Shown piece by piece: positions 48,720-60,307 of a stretch of DNA of 64,000 bases. Position 1 is the first letter of the stretch, and every line of letters starts with the position of its first letter. The stretch is taken from contig JACDBH010000001.1 in assembly GCA_013694995.1 (NCBI GenBank), positions 66,145 to 130,144 on the forward strand. The letters are read 5' to 3'. The translations under genes and the position numbers were made by a program. A model generated the notes under the pieces. It made no database searches. It saw only the letters and a program-made list of their open reading frames with translations, and had not been told where the DNA came from. The stretch comes from Candidatus Saccharimonadota bacterium (GTDB lineage: Bacteria > Patescibacteriota > Saccharimonadia > Saccharimonadales > JACDBH01).

Positions 48720-50237
48720 TTAGCTAATAATAACTTTAGGGCGGTATTGTAGGGCCTCGGCTATATGTATATCATCAACATTAACAGACTCTGCTAAATC
48801 AGCAATTGTACGGGCTACTTTGACGGCTCTCATGTAAGCCCGGGCAGATAACCGTAGCTGCTCACTGGCTCTATCAATAAGCTGCTTGGCACTATCAGTT
48901 AGCAATGCGGCTTGTTTAGTGCTTCTGGTATTAAGAGAACCGTTCAGGCTGCCTTTATTATGTTGCCGTTCTCGCTGGAGTTTGCGTGCAGCGCTGACTC
49001 GACTAACGATACGGCTACTGGTTTCTTCGCTAGATTCAAGGGCAAGTAGAGTACTGTGCTCGACCGGATCGACATCAACATACAAGTCAATACGATCCAA
49101 TATTGGCCCCGATAGTTTCTTTTCGTACTTAAGGACTTGCTGGGGTGTACAAATACAAGGCTTATCGCTGCCGTAATAACCACATGGGCAGGGGTTCTTG
49201 GTAGCAACAAGAATAAAGTCGGCCGGGAAGACCAAACTGTCCTTGGCCCGCGCTATTGAAATTACTTTATCTTCAAGTGGTTGGCGGAGTGTTTCTATGG
49301 TTGTGCGAGCAAACTCCGGTAGCTCATCCAAAAATAATACGCCATGATGCGCCAGGCTTACCTCACCGGGATGGGGCTTGGAGCCACCGCCAATGACAGC
49401 TACGTTGCTGGCGCTATGGTGGGGACTACGGAAGGGCCGGTTGGTAATAATACGGTCGAAGTGTTGGTGTGACAAGCTATGCAGGTGAGTGACAATAAGC
49501 ATTTCCTCACGGCTCATCTGAGGCAGAATCGTGGGCAGGGCTTTGGCGAGCATACTCTTACCTGTACCGGGGGCTCCCGAAAGCAGGACGTTGTGCTGTC
49601 CGGCAGCGGCAATTTCTAGGGCGCGTTTGGCGTTGGATTGTCCAACTACATCTGAAAAATCAGTCTCATATGACATAACTGTGCCTAACGAGGGCAACTT
49701 ATCTACAGCTTTGAACTTATCACCCGGGATATTCAAAACTCTTATAAACTCAGACAGACTGTCGAGCGCCAATATTCTAATATCTGGAATAAGTTGTACC
49801 TGAGCTAAGTTAGCCCGAGGGATGACAAATTGCCGGAAGCCCTGGCTTTTAGCTACTAATACTTTCCCAATCAGACCGCGAATAGGCCTGATAGATCCAT
49901 CAAGACCCAATTCGCCAAAGAATAAGGCACTATTAAAAGCTTCATCGAGTTTTATTTGTTGAGTGGCCTGCAGAATGGCCGCAGCCATAGCAAGATCAAG
50001 ACTACTGCCATCTTTGGGGATATCGGCCGGTGCCAAGTTTAGAGTAATGCGCTTGCGGGGCAGGTTAAGCTTGCTGCTAGTGAAAGCGCCGCGTAATCGC
50101 TCACGAGCTTCATCAACCGCTTTATTGGCTACGCCAACAATTACGATATTGGGCAGGTTGTTTGATAAATGGCATTCGGCTTCAACAACCGTACCATCCA
50201 TGCCTTGTTCAATTAGACTGCGGACTGCCACTCCCAT
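48720..50237 (-). CDS. comM: ComM/YifB Mg-chelatase-like AAA+ ATPase
   Basis: EARER, NLAPAD..KDG..DL, GAPGTGKSMLA, PFRSPHH, GVLFLDELPEF, NPCPCG. Confidence 0.95.
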   Translation of the reverse strand: MGVAVRSLIEQGMDGTVVEAECHLSNNLPNIVIVGVANKAVDEARERLRGAFTSSKLNLPRKRITLNLAPADIPKDGSSLDLAMAAAILQATQQIKLDEAFNSALFFGELGLDGSIRPIRGLIGKVLVAKSQGFRQFVIPRANLAQVQLIPDIRILALDSLSEFIRVLNIPGDKFKAVDKLPSLGTVMSYETDFSDVVGQSNAKRALEIAAAGQHNVLLSGAPGTGKSMLAKALPTILPQMSREEMLIVTHLHSLSHQHFDRIITNRPFRSPHHSASNVAVIGGGSKPHPGEVSLAHHGVLFLDELPEFARTTIETLRQPLEDKVISIARAKDSLVFPADFILVATKNPCPCGYYGSDKPCICTPQQVLKYEKKLSGPILDRIDLYVDVDPVEHSTLLALESSEETSSRIVSRVSAARKLQRERQHNKGSLNGSLNTRSTKQAALLTDSAKQLIDRASEQLRLSARAYMRAVKVARTIADLAESVNVDDIHIAEALQYRPKVIIS

Positions 50238-50311
50238 AATGAATTTGATTGTAAGCATAAAGCAGCAATAGGCAAGCATGAGCATCTATTTTTTAATAAA
50301 AACGGAAAAAG

Positions 50312-50470
50312 AAAAAACCCACTGATATTTTGCAGCGGGCTTTTTGATGTGGGTAGTGTTGTTTTGTCTTTTTAAAGTGTTTGTCTATTTTTTAGTGGTG
50401 ATAACAGCTTGCGAGAAACTGTTATCACCGATGTTCTTTTTGTTTTTGAGCACTTTTTTTATTCAGTGCT
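50312..50470 (-). ncRNA. Candidate small RNA or structured leader
   Basis: TTGACA-17-TAAGAT promoter at 50505-50477, two hairpins, terminator at 50312-50345. Confidence 0.4.
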
Positions 50471-51521
50471 GAATACATCTTATAAAGCCTTAATAATAGT
50501 GTCAATAAGATTGTGCTTTTAATATCTGTGTATAACTTTTCCGTAGGTAAAATAAAGGTAGATTATAACCGAGTTTATATGTAATTTTTACTCCCCCAGT
50601 CGTACCAAAACTACCAACTAGCACTATTGTACCGGACCACTTGTTCTAAGGAGCTGGTTGGTAAGCTTATTCATGTAGGGTGGATATATTTAAGATTAAA
50701 GCCGAATCATAACGTAGAAAAGGTATGCCTAATTAAACAATTAAGTTCAATTAGGCTACGGCCATACTTTGTTAGGTAGAATCCACCCACGCTGGTACTT
50801 ATTGACCATAAAAATTAAAACATATAGTCATACCTAAGTGGGTTATAACGAAGCATATTAAGTTAGTTTCTGTAAATCAAAAATGTATGACCATACGACC
50901 CATCCATTAGAGTTTGAGTAGCTTGCATATAAAGTTTTAGGTAATAAGCATAAATCGGCTATGAATTATTAATAAAACCTAAAAATATATAAAACTGCTA
51001 CGGACGCGTTATGTAGGTAATATAAAGACAATCAAAAATAAAGTCTGTATTGTACATGGACGCTTTTAAAAATCGTTTGGAAGTGGGTTGTTAGCAAAAA
51101 GGAGGGGGCTGGTATAAGTAAATTGCAGTAGCTAATTAAAGCACTTGGGTCATTATTGTAGTATTATCTACATATTCTTAATATATATCATGTTAATAAT
51201 TACTACAGGCTGATTATGCTCTTGTATGACTTGTGTACACAATATGTTTATAAGTAATAAGAGACAGCAAAATAAAGAAATAAACATCTTAATAAATTTC
51301 TAAAGTCTAATGGTTAATCTATCAAGGCAGAAAACAGGAACGTTAGTGGTTCAAAACGCACAATTATCTCACAACAGGGCCTTAGATAACCTAATAATTC
51401 AGATACACCAAGCTTACATAATGGATGTAGTACAAAATACACAAATCAAAGAGTTAAATAATACAACAAAAAATATAGCACATATAACAGGGAATACGTT
51501 GATTTAAAGACATCAATAGTA

Positions 51522-51550
51522 TTGACAATAGTAGTTTACTGAAGTATGAT
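51522..51550 (+). promoter_or_regulatory. Sigma70 promoter
   Basis: TTGACA-17-TATGAT. Confidence 0.75.
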
Positions 51551-51766
51551 GCAGGAGTGATGCAACAAATAAAAACCTTCCCAAACTCTTCATAACAAAA
51601 TAAGAACATCGCTTGCTACCCGCTAAACGGGTAACGAGCGGTCAGTCAAAGCCTTTGGACGGTAAGCGCTATAAAATAATAATTTATCGAGCGGATTTAC
51701 CGTCCGGGCTCCAAAAAAACATGTCTTTTTATAAAAAACCTCTATCAAATAAAAACGAACAAAAAT

Positions 51767-52147
51767 ATGAACTCTAAACATACATTTAAAAAGCAGGTTA
51801 CGATGTGCCTAAGTAGCTTCTTGGTCTTAGGTATTTTTGTATTATCGACAAACCCAAGAGATTTGTCGGCTGCCTTATTATTAGTACTACCTTTACTAGT
51901 TTATTTAACTGTATATTCTGCTTCTAGATTAACCGCAAACTACTTTTTTAGCACTTCTAAGATTAGGGTACATTCAGTAAGTGCGATAATTGCGGCCGGG
52001 CCAACGCTGATGGTTATCTTGGGATCTTTAGGCCAGTTAGGTGTGCAGGATATTTTATTAGCATGCATGTTATGTGCTGGACTCGGTTGGTATTTACGCC
52101 GCTTACCTCGAGCTACGCAAAGAGACCTAGCGCTTGCTAGACAATAA
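51767..52147 (+). CDS. Small membrane protein with four TM segments
   Basis: TNP..L and SLGQL...D motifs, hydrophobic segments. Confidence 0.75.
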   Translation: MNSKHTFKKQVTMCLSSFLVLGIFVLSTNPRDLSAALLLVLPLLVYLTVYSASRLTANYFFSTSKIRVHSVSAIIAAGPTLMVILGSLGQLGVQDILLACMLCAGLGWYLRRLPRATQRDLALARQ

Positions 52148-52223
52148 ATTATAGCTAGCAACTTCCTGTCGACGGTTTCTATCTGTAACTGACACTATCT
52201 GTTTGGTATACTAATATATAAGC

Positions 52224-52607
52224 ATGAACCCGAATAAGCCACAGCCTAGTTTTGAATTGCCGACGCCTGTACAGTCCGGTGAGAACAAGCCTGATGTTTC
52301 GGCTGAAGTTGCACCGGCCCATAGTGAACAGCACCCGTCTATTCCAGCGGCTGTTCCTTCAAGCCTGCCTCAAACCCCACCTCTCACCGCACCAACTCCT
52401 ACTCCGCCATCACTGGATCCCCAAGGGCAGAGCCCGCTAATCGCCGATGATGCGGATCTTATCGAAAAGGAGTGGGTAGAAAAAGCAAAACGAATTGTAG
52501 CGGGTACAAAGCAAGATCCTTACGCTCAGAACCGGGAGATAAACCGCTTTAAGGCAGATTATATGAAAAAGAGATATAACAAGGACGTTAAGATTGATGA
52601 ATCATAG
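52224..52607 (+). CDS. Hypothetical protein, Pro-rich N-terminus
   Basis: C-terminal ADDADLIEKEWV.KAK..DPY..Y.KKRY. Confidence 0.8.
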   Translation: MNPNKPQPSFELPTPVQSGENKPDVSAEVAPAHSEQHPSIPAAVPSSLPQTPPLTAPTPTPPSLDPQGQSPLIADDADLIEKEWVEKAKRIVAGTKQDPYAQNREINRFKADYMKKRYNKDVKIDES

Positions 52608-52625
52608 GTGGCGGGTACTTAATAT

Positions 52626-55613
52626 ATGAGTGGCTTTCTTTTAACACTGGTAATCCTATTAGGCATCCTGATTGGAGCCGGCCTAGTGATTTTTTATCAT
52701 TCCCGTAAACTTCTAAGGGAACAGAAGAACTATGAGCGCAGCCTTAAAATGGTGCCACTGCTGATACATTTGCCACCGACTAGTGATGATATCGAAAAAG
52801 GCTCACGTGATGTGCGCGACGTGACCGACGAGACCATTAGCAAGGCCCAAATTGTTTACAACATTATCGCCAGCACATATAAGAAGAGTTTTAAAGACAA
52901 GTTCTATGGGCAGCGACATTTCAGCTTTGAAATAGTGGGGGTAAAAGGGTTTGTGTACCTTTATGCCGCAGTACCAATATCAATGCTGGACGTCGTCAGG
53001 CAGGCAATTGTCAGTGCTTATCCATCGGTACGATTGGAGGAAGTTTCTGAACATAATATCTTTAGCCCCGTTGGCAAGATGAGTGGGACTATGGGCGGTG
53101 AGCTAACGCTGAAAGAAAATTATGCCTATCCTATTGCTACCTACCAGGATCTGAAACGCGATGCCCTACAGAGTGTATTAAACGCGCTGTCGACCCTTGA
53201 TAAAGAAGATGGCGCTGGAATACAAATAATGATGCGGCCAGCTGACAGTAGCTGGCGCAAGAATGCTGCCGCCGTGGCATCCAAGAAACGAAAAGGTAAT
53301 GACTCTAAGAAGAGCGGGGCGGCCATTCTGCAGTTTTCTCGCGATGTATTGACCGCAGCGGTAAAGCCGCCGGAAGAAAAGGGTGGAAAGCCCGAGGAAA
53401 AGAAAGAGCTATCTGGCATGGAACAGGCTGTATTAGATGCGATTGATGATAAAACACGCTATCCGGGCTTTGAGGTACTCATCCGCGTGGTCGCCAGTTC
53501 CAATATTTCACAACGGTCGCAGAGTATTCTTAACAACATAGTTGCCAGTTTCGCGCTTTTTGATGCACCTGGTAAGAATGGCTTCAAATTTACTCCAGCT
53601 AAGGATATAGAAAGCTTTACGACGGCTTATATAATGCGGTTCTTTCCGCAAGAGAATAAGCAAAATATCTTGAATGCTGTTGAACTTGCAACACTTTTCC
53701 ATTTCCCAGACCAAGCCAGTATACCGACTACTCAGCTGGAACGCCAAGCAAGCAAACAAGTTGATGGCCCACGCAACATCTCTGAAGATGGAATGATGCT
53801 TGGCTATAATATTTTTAGAGGATCTAAAAAAAGAATCAATCTGGATCCAGAAGACCGCCGCCGCCATATTTATGCGGTCGGGCAGACCGGTACAGGTAAA
53901 TCGACTTTTCTGGAAAACCTTGCTCTTCAGGATATGCTGAATGGTAATGGCTTTGCTTTTATTGATCCGCACGGTGACGTCGTGGAGAATCTTATGGCAA
54001 TGGTGCCGAGAGAACGCACTGAAGACGTAATTTATTTCAATCCATCTGATATGGAGTACCCTCTAGGCCTTAATATGTTTGAGTTTGATCATCCTGACCA
54101 GATAGACTTCTTGATCCAGGAGACTATCGGCATGCTCTATAAACTCTACGATCCCCAGCGACAAGGTATTATTGGTCCGCGTTACGAGCATTTGTTTAGA
54201 AGTGCCGCTCAAACCGTAATGGCCGACCCGGCCGGTGGTAGTTTTATCGATATACCAAAACTCTTCAACGATGACGCTTATGTAAAAAGCAAGCTCAAGC
54301 ATGTAACTGATCCTACGGTGCTTGACTTCTGGCTTAAGGAAATGCCTGCCAGCCAGCGGAGTAATGAGTTCGGCGAAGTCAAGAGCTGGTTCGTGAGCAA
54401 GTTCGGTGCCTTTCTTAGCAACCAGATGATGCGCAATATCATAGGCCAGACCAAGAGCTCGTTCAACTTGCGGGACATAATGGATAATAAGAAAATTCTA
54501 TTAGTAAACCTGAGCAAAGGGCGAACAGGCGAATTAAACTCCAAGCTGTTAGGTATGATCTTCGTCATGAAGTTTCAGGCTGCGGCTATGTCTCGGGCCT
54601 CCATACCCGAAGATGAACGGGTAGACTTTAGCCTCTATGTTGACGAGTTCCAGAACTTTTCAACCGATTCATTCGCCACCATCTTAAGTGAAGCCCGTAA
54701 GTACCGCCTCAGCCTTATAGTTGCAAACCAGTTCACGACTCAGCTTACTGAGGAGATTAGGGATGCGGTAATCGGTAACATTGGTACCATTGTCTCTTTC
54801 CGCGTAGGTACTAATGATGCTGAGTTTCTGGCGAAATACTTCGCACCCGTGTTTGATATACATGACCTGCAGAGAATCCCAAACTTCAATTCAGTTACAC
54901 GAATGCTGATTGGTGGCGTACCGAGCCAGCCGTTTAGTATGGCCACCTTGCCGCCTCTAGGTAAACCCAACCCACAGCTGGCGGTCGCGCTTAAGCAACT
55001 ATCGGCCGCCAAATTTGGCCGTCCCCGTGCTAGAGTTGAATCGGAAATATTTACCCGCCTGAGGACTGTCGAGCCCGCCAGGCCACCAGCAGATACTAAT
55101 CCTTTCGCTAAGGCGCCAGGTTCACCATTTAGCCCTCCAGCGGCTTCTAAAACATCAGGAGGCTCTTTCTTGGACGAATGGCTTGCCAAGCGCCAGTCGG
55201 CTGGGGGCCCGGTAACACCTACGCCTTTTGCTTCGCCCAGCTCTAATTTTGCCGGCCCAGCCCGAAATTCATTGCCTTCCTCTGTGCAACCAAACCCTAT
55301 TCCAAATCCCTTAACTCCCTTACAACCCAGCGTCAACACAGGTAGCACCATCGGGTACATGGACGCAAAATCTAATAACATCTCAAGTAATGAAGTTGAA
55401 CAGGAAGAAGCTCTTAAAATAGCAGAAAAGCTGAAACAAGAGCTGGGCCAGCACGCGCCAGCCACTGCAAACTCAGGGGTATCACTGCCGGCTGCAGAAC
55501 CCAAAGAGCCTGAAAATAGCGACACGATCTCTATTGATCAAGACGGTAATTTCACTAAACCTTCTGAAAGCCTGGAAGTATTACCGGAACCTACGGATAA
55601 TCCAGCTACTTAA
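52626..55613 (+). CDS. VirD4/TraG/HerA-like P-loop ATPase
   Basis: N-terminal TM, RRHIY.VGQTGTGKS, IDPHGD, YVDEFQNF, SEARKY. Confidence 0.9.
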   Translation: MSGFLLTLVILLGILIGAGLVIFYHSRKLLREQKNYERSLKMVPLLIHLPPTSDDIEKGSRDVRDVTDETISKAQIVYNIIASTYKKSFKDKFYGQRHFSFEIVGVKGFVYLYAAVPISMLDVVRQAIVSAYPSVRLEEVSEHNIFSPVGKMSGTMGGELTLKENYAYPIATYQDLKRDALQSVLNALSTLDKEDGAGIQIMMRPADSSWRKNAAAVASKKRKGNDSKKSGAAILQFSRDVLTAAVKPPEEKGGKPEEKKELSGMEQAVLDAIDDKTRYPGFEVLIRVVASSNISQRSQSILNNIVASFALFDAPGKNGFKFTPAKDIESFTTAYIMRFFPQENKQNILNAVELATLFHFPDQASIPTTQLERQASKQVDGPRNISEDGMMLGYNIFRGSKKRINLDPEDRRRHIYAVGQTGTGKSTFLENLALQDMLNGNGFAFIDPHGDVVENLMAMVPRERTEDVIYFNPSDMEYPLGLNMFEFDHPDQIDFLIQETIGMLYKLYDPQRQGIIGPRYEHLFRSAAQTVMADPAGGSFIDIPKLFNDDAYVKSKLKHVTDPTVLDFWLKEMPASQRSNEFGEVKSWFVSKFGAFLSNQMMRNIIGQTKSSFNLRDIMDNKKILLVNLSKGRTGELNSKLLGMIFVMKFQAAAMSRASIPEDERVDFSLYVDEFQNFSTDSFATILSEARKYRLSLIVANQFTTQLTEEIRDAVIGNIGTIVSFRVGTNDAEFLAKYFAPVFDIHDLQRIPNFNSVTRMLIGGVPSQPFSMATLPPLGKPNPQLAVALKQLSAAKFGRPRARVESEIFTRLRTVEPARPPADTNPFAKAPGSPFSPPAASKTSGGSFLDEWLAKRQSAGGPVTPTPFASPSSNFAGPARNSLPSSVQPNPIPNPLTPLQPSVNTGSTIGYMDAKSNNISSNEVEQEEALKIAEKLKQELGQHAPATANSGVSLPAAEPKEPENSDTISIDQDGNFTKPSESLEVLPEPTDNPAT

Positions 55614-56182
55614 GGCCGGCGCCTTAGTAAGACTCGCACCAAAAATTCAACTACTAAACCTATGAAGAAACCGGCCAGGAATAATAATACGAAAAGTAGA
55701 AAGTTGAACTCGTATCCATAATGTCGGGCTATCCAAAGGGAAGCACTACTGCCCAAGAAAGCCATAATACCTCCTGCAAGTACCCCTGACGGTCGGGCAA
55801 CTGTTTTGCCTCCGGCTTCAGATATAGCTTCAACGGCTGGATTGTGCATAATACGACTCAAAACTCGGGCGGGAGGTGACATATGACTCCTGGCCCGTTT
55901 GAGAGTGCGCTGGTAGGCTATATTCTTGAGTTCGCGGTTAATATAAGCCGGTTGCTCGTGGCTGTCGGGCTTGGTTTCAGAGCTGTGCTTTTCTAAAACG
56001 TCTTTCGCGCTCTCGGCTTCATTCTCTGCATCTTGGCGGAGGCTTTCTATCTTCTCTGCATGCTCGTGTTTGGCATTCTGACCCTTTTCGATGGTTTGTT
56101 TAAGGGCTTCCTGATGGCGTCTATGTAACTCCTCAATTGAAACTGGGTTCTGTTCAGGGCTAATAGGAGCTCGTTCGCTCAT
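55610..56182 (-). CDS. Hypothetical protein with two C-terminal TM segments
   Basis: Charged N-half, TVARPS, two hydrophobic helices. Confidence 0.8.
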   Translation of the reverse strand: MSERAPISPEQNPVSIEELHRRHQEALKQTIEKGQNAKHEHAEKIESLRQDAENEAESAKDVLEKHSSETKPDSHEQPAYINRELKNIAYQRTLKRARSHMSPPARVLSRIMHNPAVEAISEAGGKTVARPSGVLAGGIMAFLGSSASLWIARHYGYEFNFLLFVLLFLAGFFIGLVVEFLVRVLLRRRP

Positions 56183-56183
56183 T

Positions 56184-58181
56184 TTATAATCCACCCGTAT
56201 GCGCAAAATCAGTGCGGATTAGCTCTAATTCTTGTACCAGTAGCCGACTGCGGGCGAAGAAGTAAGCCACTATTGCCGTAGCCGCAAAGCCAATAATCAA
56301 GCTGGTGCCAGGTCCGGTGTTCGGTAGGCGTTCGGTAATATATTCGGCACTTTTTGGCAGCGGGCAATTGATATTGATGTCTAGCTGGTTGCCGAACTTA
56401 TTACTTATCTTGCAGTCAAAAGCAGTGGTCATAGCGCCCGGTTGATTAGTAGAAGGGATAGGGGTCTTAAGTTTAACGCGGAACTGGTTAGCTATGTCGC
56501 TATTTGCGCTGACTGTTTGGCTGTTCCAGCTCAAAGTTTTGGCAGTGGCATCAAATGTACCACCTTGCTGGGTTAGGAATGCTTGATCAAGCTCAGCATA
56601 ATCCAGGATGTCACCGATATAGTCGCTGACATTAACGTTTGCCCGGCCGTAATCATAGCTGTTATGGGTTATAAGGCTGTATTCTATGGTGTCTCCAGCT
56701 TTAGCTTTGCTGCCGGGGGTAGCGTTGCTGTCTAGGTTTTGGGTTAGATTGCGTGCAATCTTGCTTTGGGACAGTGATTGGTCCGGTTCTGAATCTATAG
56801 GCGCGCTGCATAATACTGTCTGATCAGTTTGGCCAGTGCCATTACCTATTTTGTAATTCGCAACAACAGTAGCGTTATAAGCGCCATCCTTATATATGTG
56901 TGCCACAGTATTTTCGTAGGATGTTGAACTTATGGTTTCCACCCTGGAGCCATCACCGTAGTCATAAACGTAGCTTTGTATTGAAGTAAGGCTTGGGTTA
57001 CTGGACGTCAGGACTGTCTTGAGTGTAAAGCTTTTAGTTGTACGGTTTATGTCCGAGTTGGTAATTACGCAGGCTACGATTGGTGTAACACAGCGGGCAT
57101 CGGATTTTAGTAAACTTGTATCAAGCTCGCACTTTGGCTCCGGTGTCGGCTCTGGAGTTGGCTCGACTATTGGTTCGGCTGGCGGAGGAGAAAGAAAAGT
57201 AAGACAGACATCGGGCTCGCCTCCATCAGATACGGCAGGGGCATTCCCGGAGGAGAGCCGTGCGGTGTTACAGGCCCTAGTACCATTTACGGTTCCATTC
57301 TTGAATTTTACCCTGATAAGCAAGAAAGTATTGAGCTCCGCCGTATAAGGTGCGTCGGGCAGAGGCATGGTGATAACCCCATTGCTTATGGGCAAGTCAG
57401 CTGGACCATCAATAATTTCAAGATTAGAATCTAGTGGGTCGGTCATGACTATGTTGTTCGCCGGGTACGAATCAGCTACGTTATTTCTATAATCAAACCT
57501 ATAAACTATGCTTTCTTCGGGCCGCAGCACCTTCGAGCCTTCAATGGTTTTTCTCAGCTGGAGGCTAGGGGTATTGAGGCTAGGCTGGCCGACCTGTGTA
57601 AAGTTACCGCAATCTACAAGTATCCAAAACTTTTTACCGTTCTTAATGCCTTCAAATGCCTTGTAAGTATTGAAACTATTAACTATGTCCCATGCACGTA
57701 GCTGGCGTAGGTACACTGTTGTAGAGCCGGCCTGTACGGGTATCTCACTTTGTTTATATATATCATTGATCTCTGCTGCTTTCGAAACTGCCGAGAGAGA
57801 TGTACGGCCTGTCGTCCAGTAATCTGCGCTGTCTGAGCGGATAGTTGAATTAGGATACATGGGCAGGGCAGCAATATCCTCGCGGGTAAGTCCGAAGCGG
57901 CTATATATAGCAGCAACATTCTGATCACTGGTACCACCGTCCCAAGCCCGCAGAATGTCATCACGCGTCCTTAACCCATTAATAATATAATCATTGGAGT
58001 AGGCTAGGGACTTTTCTGGTGGGGCTACAACTGCAAAAACCTGGATAAACATAGCTAGAGCCACAAAACCGAATCCTAAGCGGCGTATTGACTCCTCAGC
58101 ATGCATGCGGTTGGCATAAAAAGTAACTGTCCCTATTAGGCTAGGGTTGAACGGCAGGTTACTGACTAGTTTGCGGAACAT
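56184..58181 (-). CDS. LPXTG-type surface protein with DUF11-like and PKD-like domains
   Basis: MFRKLVSNLPF leader + TM, DYGDG, GDTIEYSL, LPNTG + TM. Confidence 0.8.
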   Translation of the reverse strand: MFRKLVSNLPFNPSLIGTVTFYANRMHAEESIRRLGFGFVALAMFIQVFAVVAPPEKSLAYSNDYIINGLRTRDDILRAWDGGTSDQNVAAIYSRFGLTREDIAALPMYPNSTIRSDSADYWTTGRTSLSAVSKAAEINDIYKQSEIPVQAGSTTVYLRQLRAWDIVNSFNTYKAFEGIKNGKKFWILVDCGNFTQVGQPSLNTPSLQLRKTIEGSKVLRPEESIVYRFDYRNNVADSYPANNIVMTDPLDSNLEIIDGPADLPISNGVITMPLPDAPYTAELNTFLLIRVKFKNGTVNGTRACNTARLSSGNAPAVSDGGEPDVCLTFLSPPPAEPIVEPTPEPTPEPKCELDTSLLKSDARCVTPIVACVITNSDINRTTKSFTLKTVLTSSNPSLTSIQSYVYDYGDGSRVETISSTSYENTVAHIYKDGAYNATVVANYKIGNGTGQTDQTVLCSAPIDSEPDQSLSQSKIARNLTQNLDSNATPGSKAKAGDTIEYSLITHNSYDYGRANVNVSDYIGDILDYAELDQAFLTQQGGTFDATAKTLSWNSQTVSANSDIANQFRVKLKTPIPSTNQPGAMTTAFDCKISNKFGNQLDININCPLPKSAEYITERLPNTGPGTSLIIGFAATAIVAYFFARSRLLVQELELIRTDFAHTGGL

Positions 58182-58229
58182 TGTTTTTTTAAATGTTTAT
58201 TTATTATTTAATGTGTTCATGCTTATTGA

Positions 58230-60293
<2,064 letters not shown>

Positions 60294-60307
60294 CAAGGGA
60301 ATATTTT

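Noticed and set aside
51171..51198. dif-like sequence CATATTCTTAA TATATA TCATGTTAATA
   Set aside because: Several mismatches in an AT-rich background, and gene orientation does not switch here
50500..51520. Replication origin
   Set aside because: Only one reasonable DnaA box seen (tgtgtataa at 50527) and no dnaA or dnaN nearby
54740..55525. 261-aa antisense ORF
   Set aside because: Shadow of the Pro/Ser-rich tail of the ATPase, like other antisense ORFs in the track
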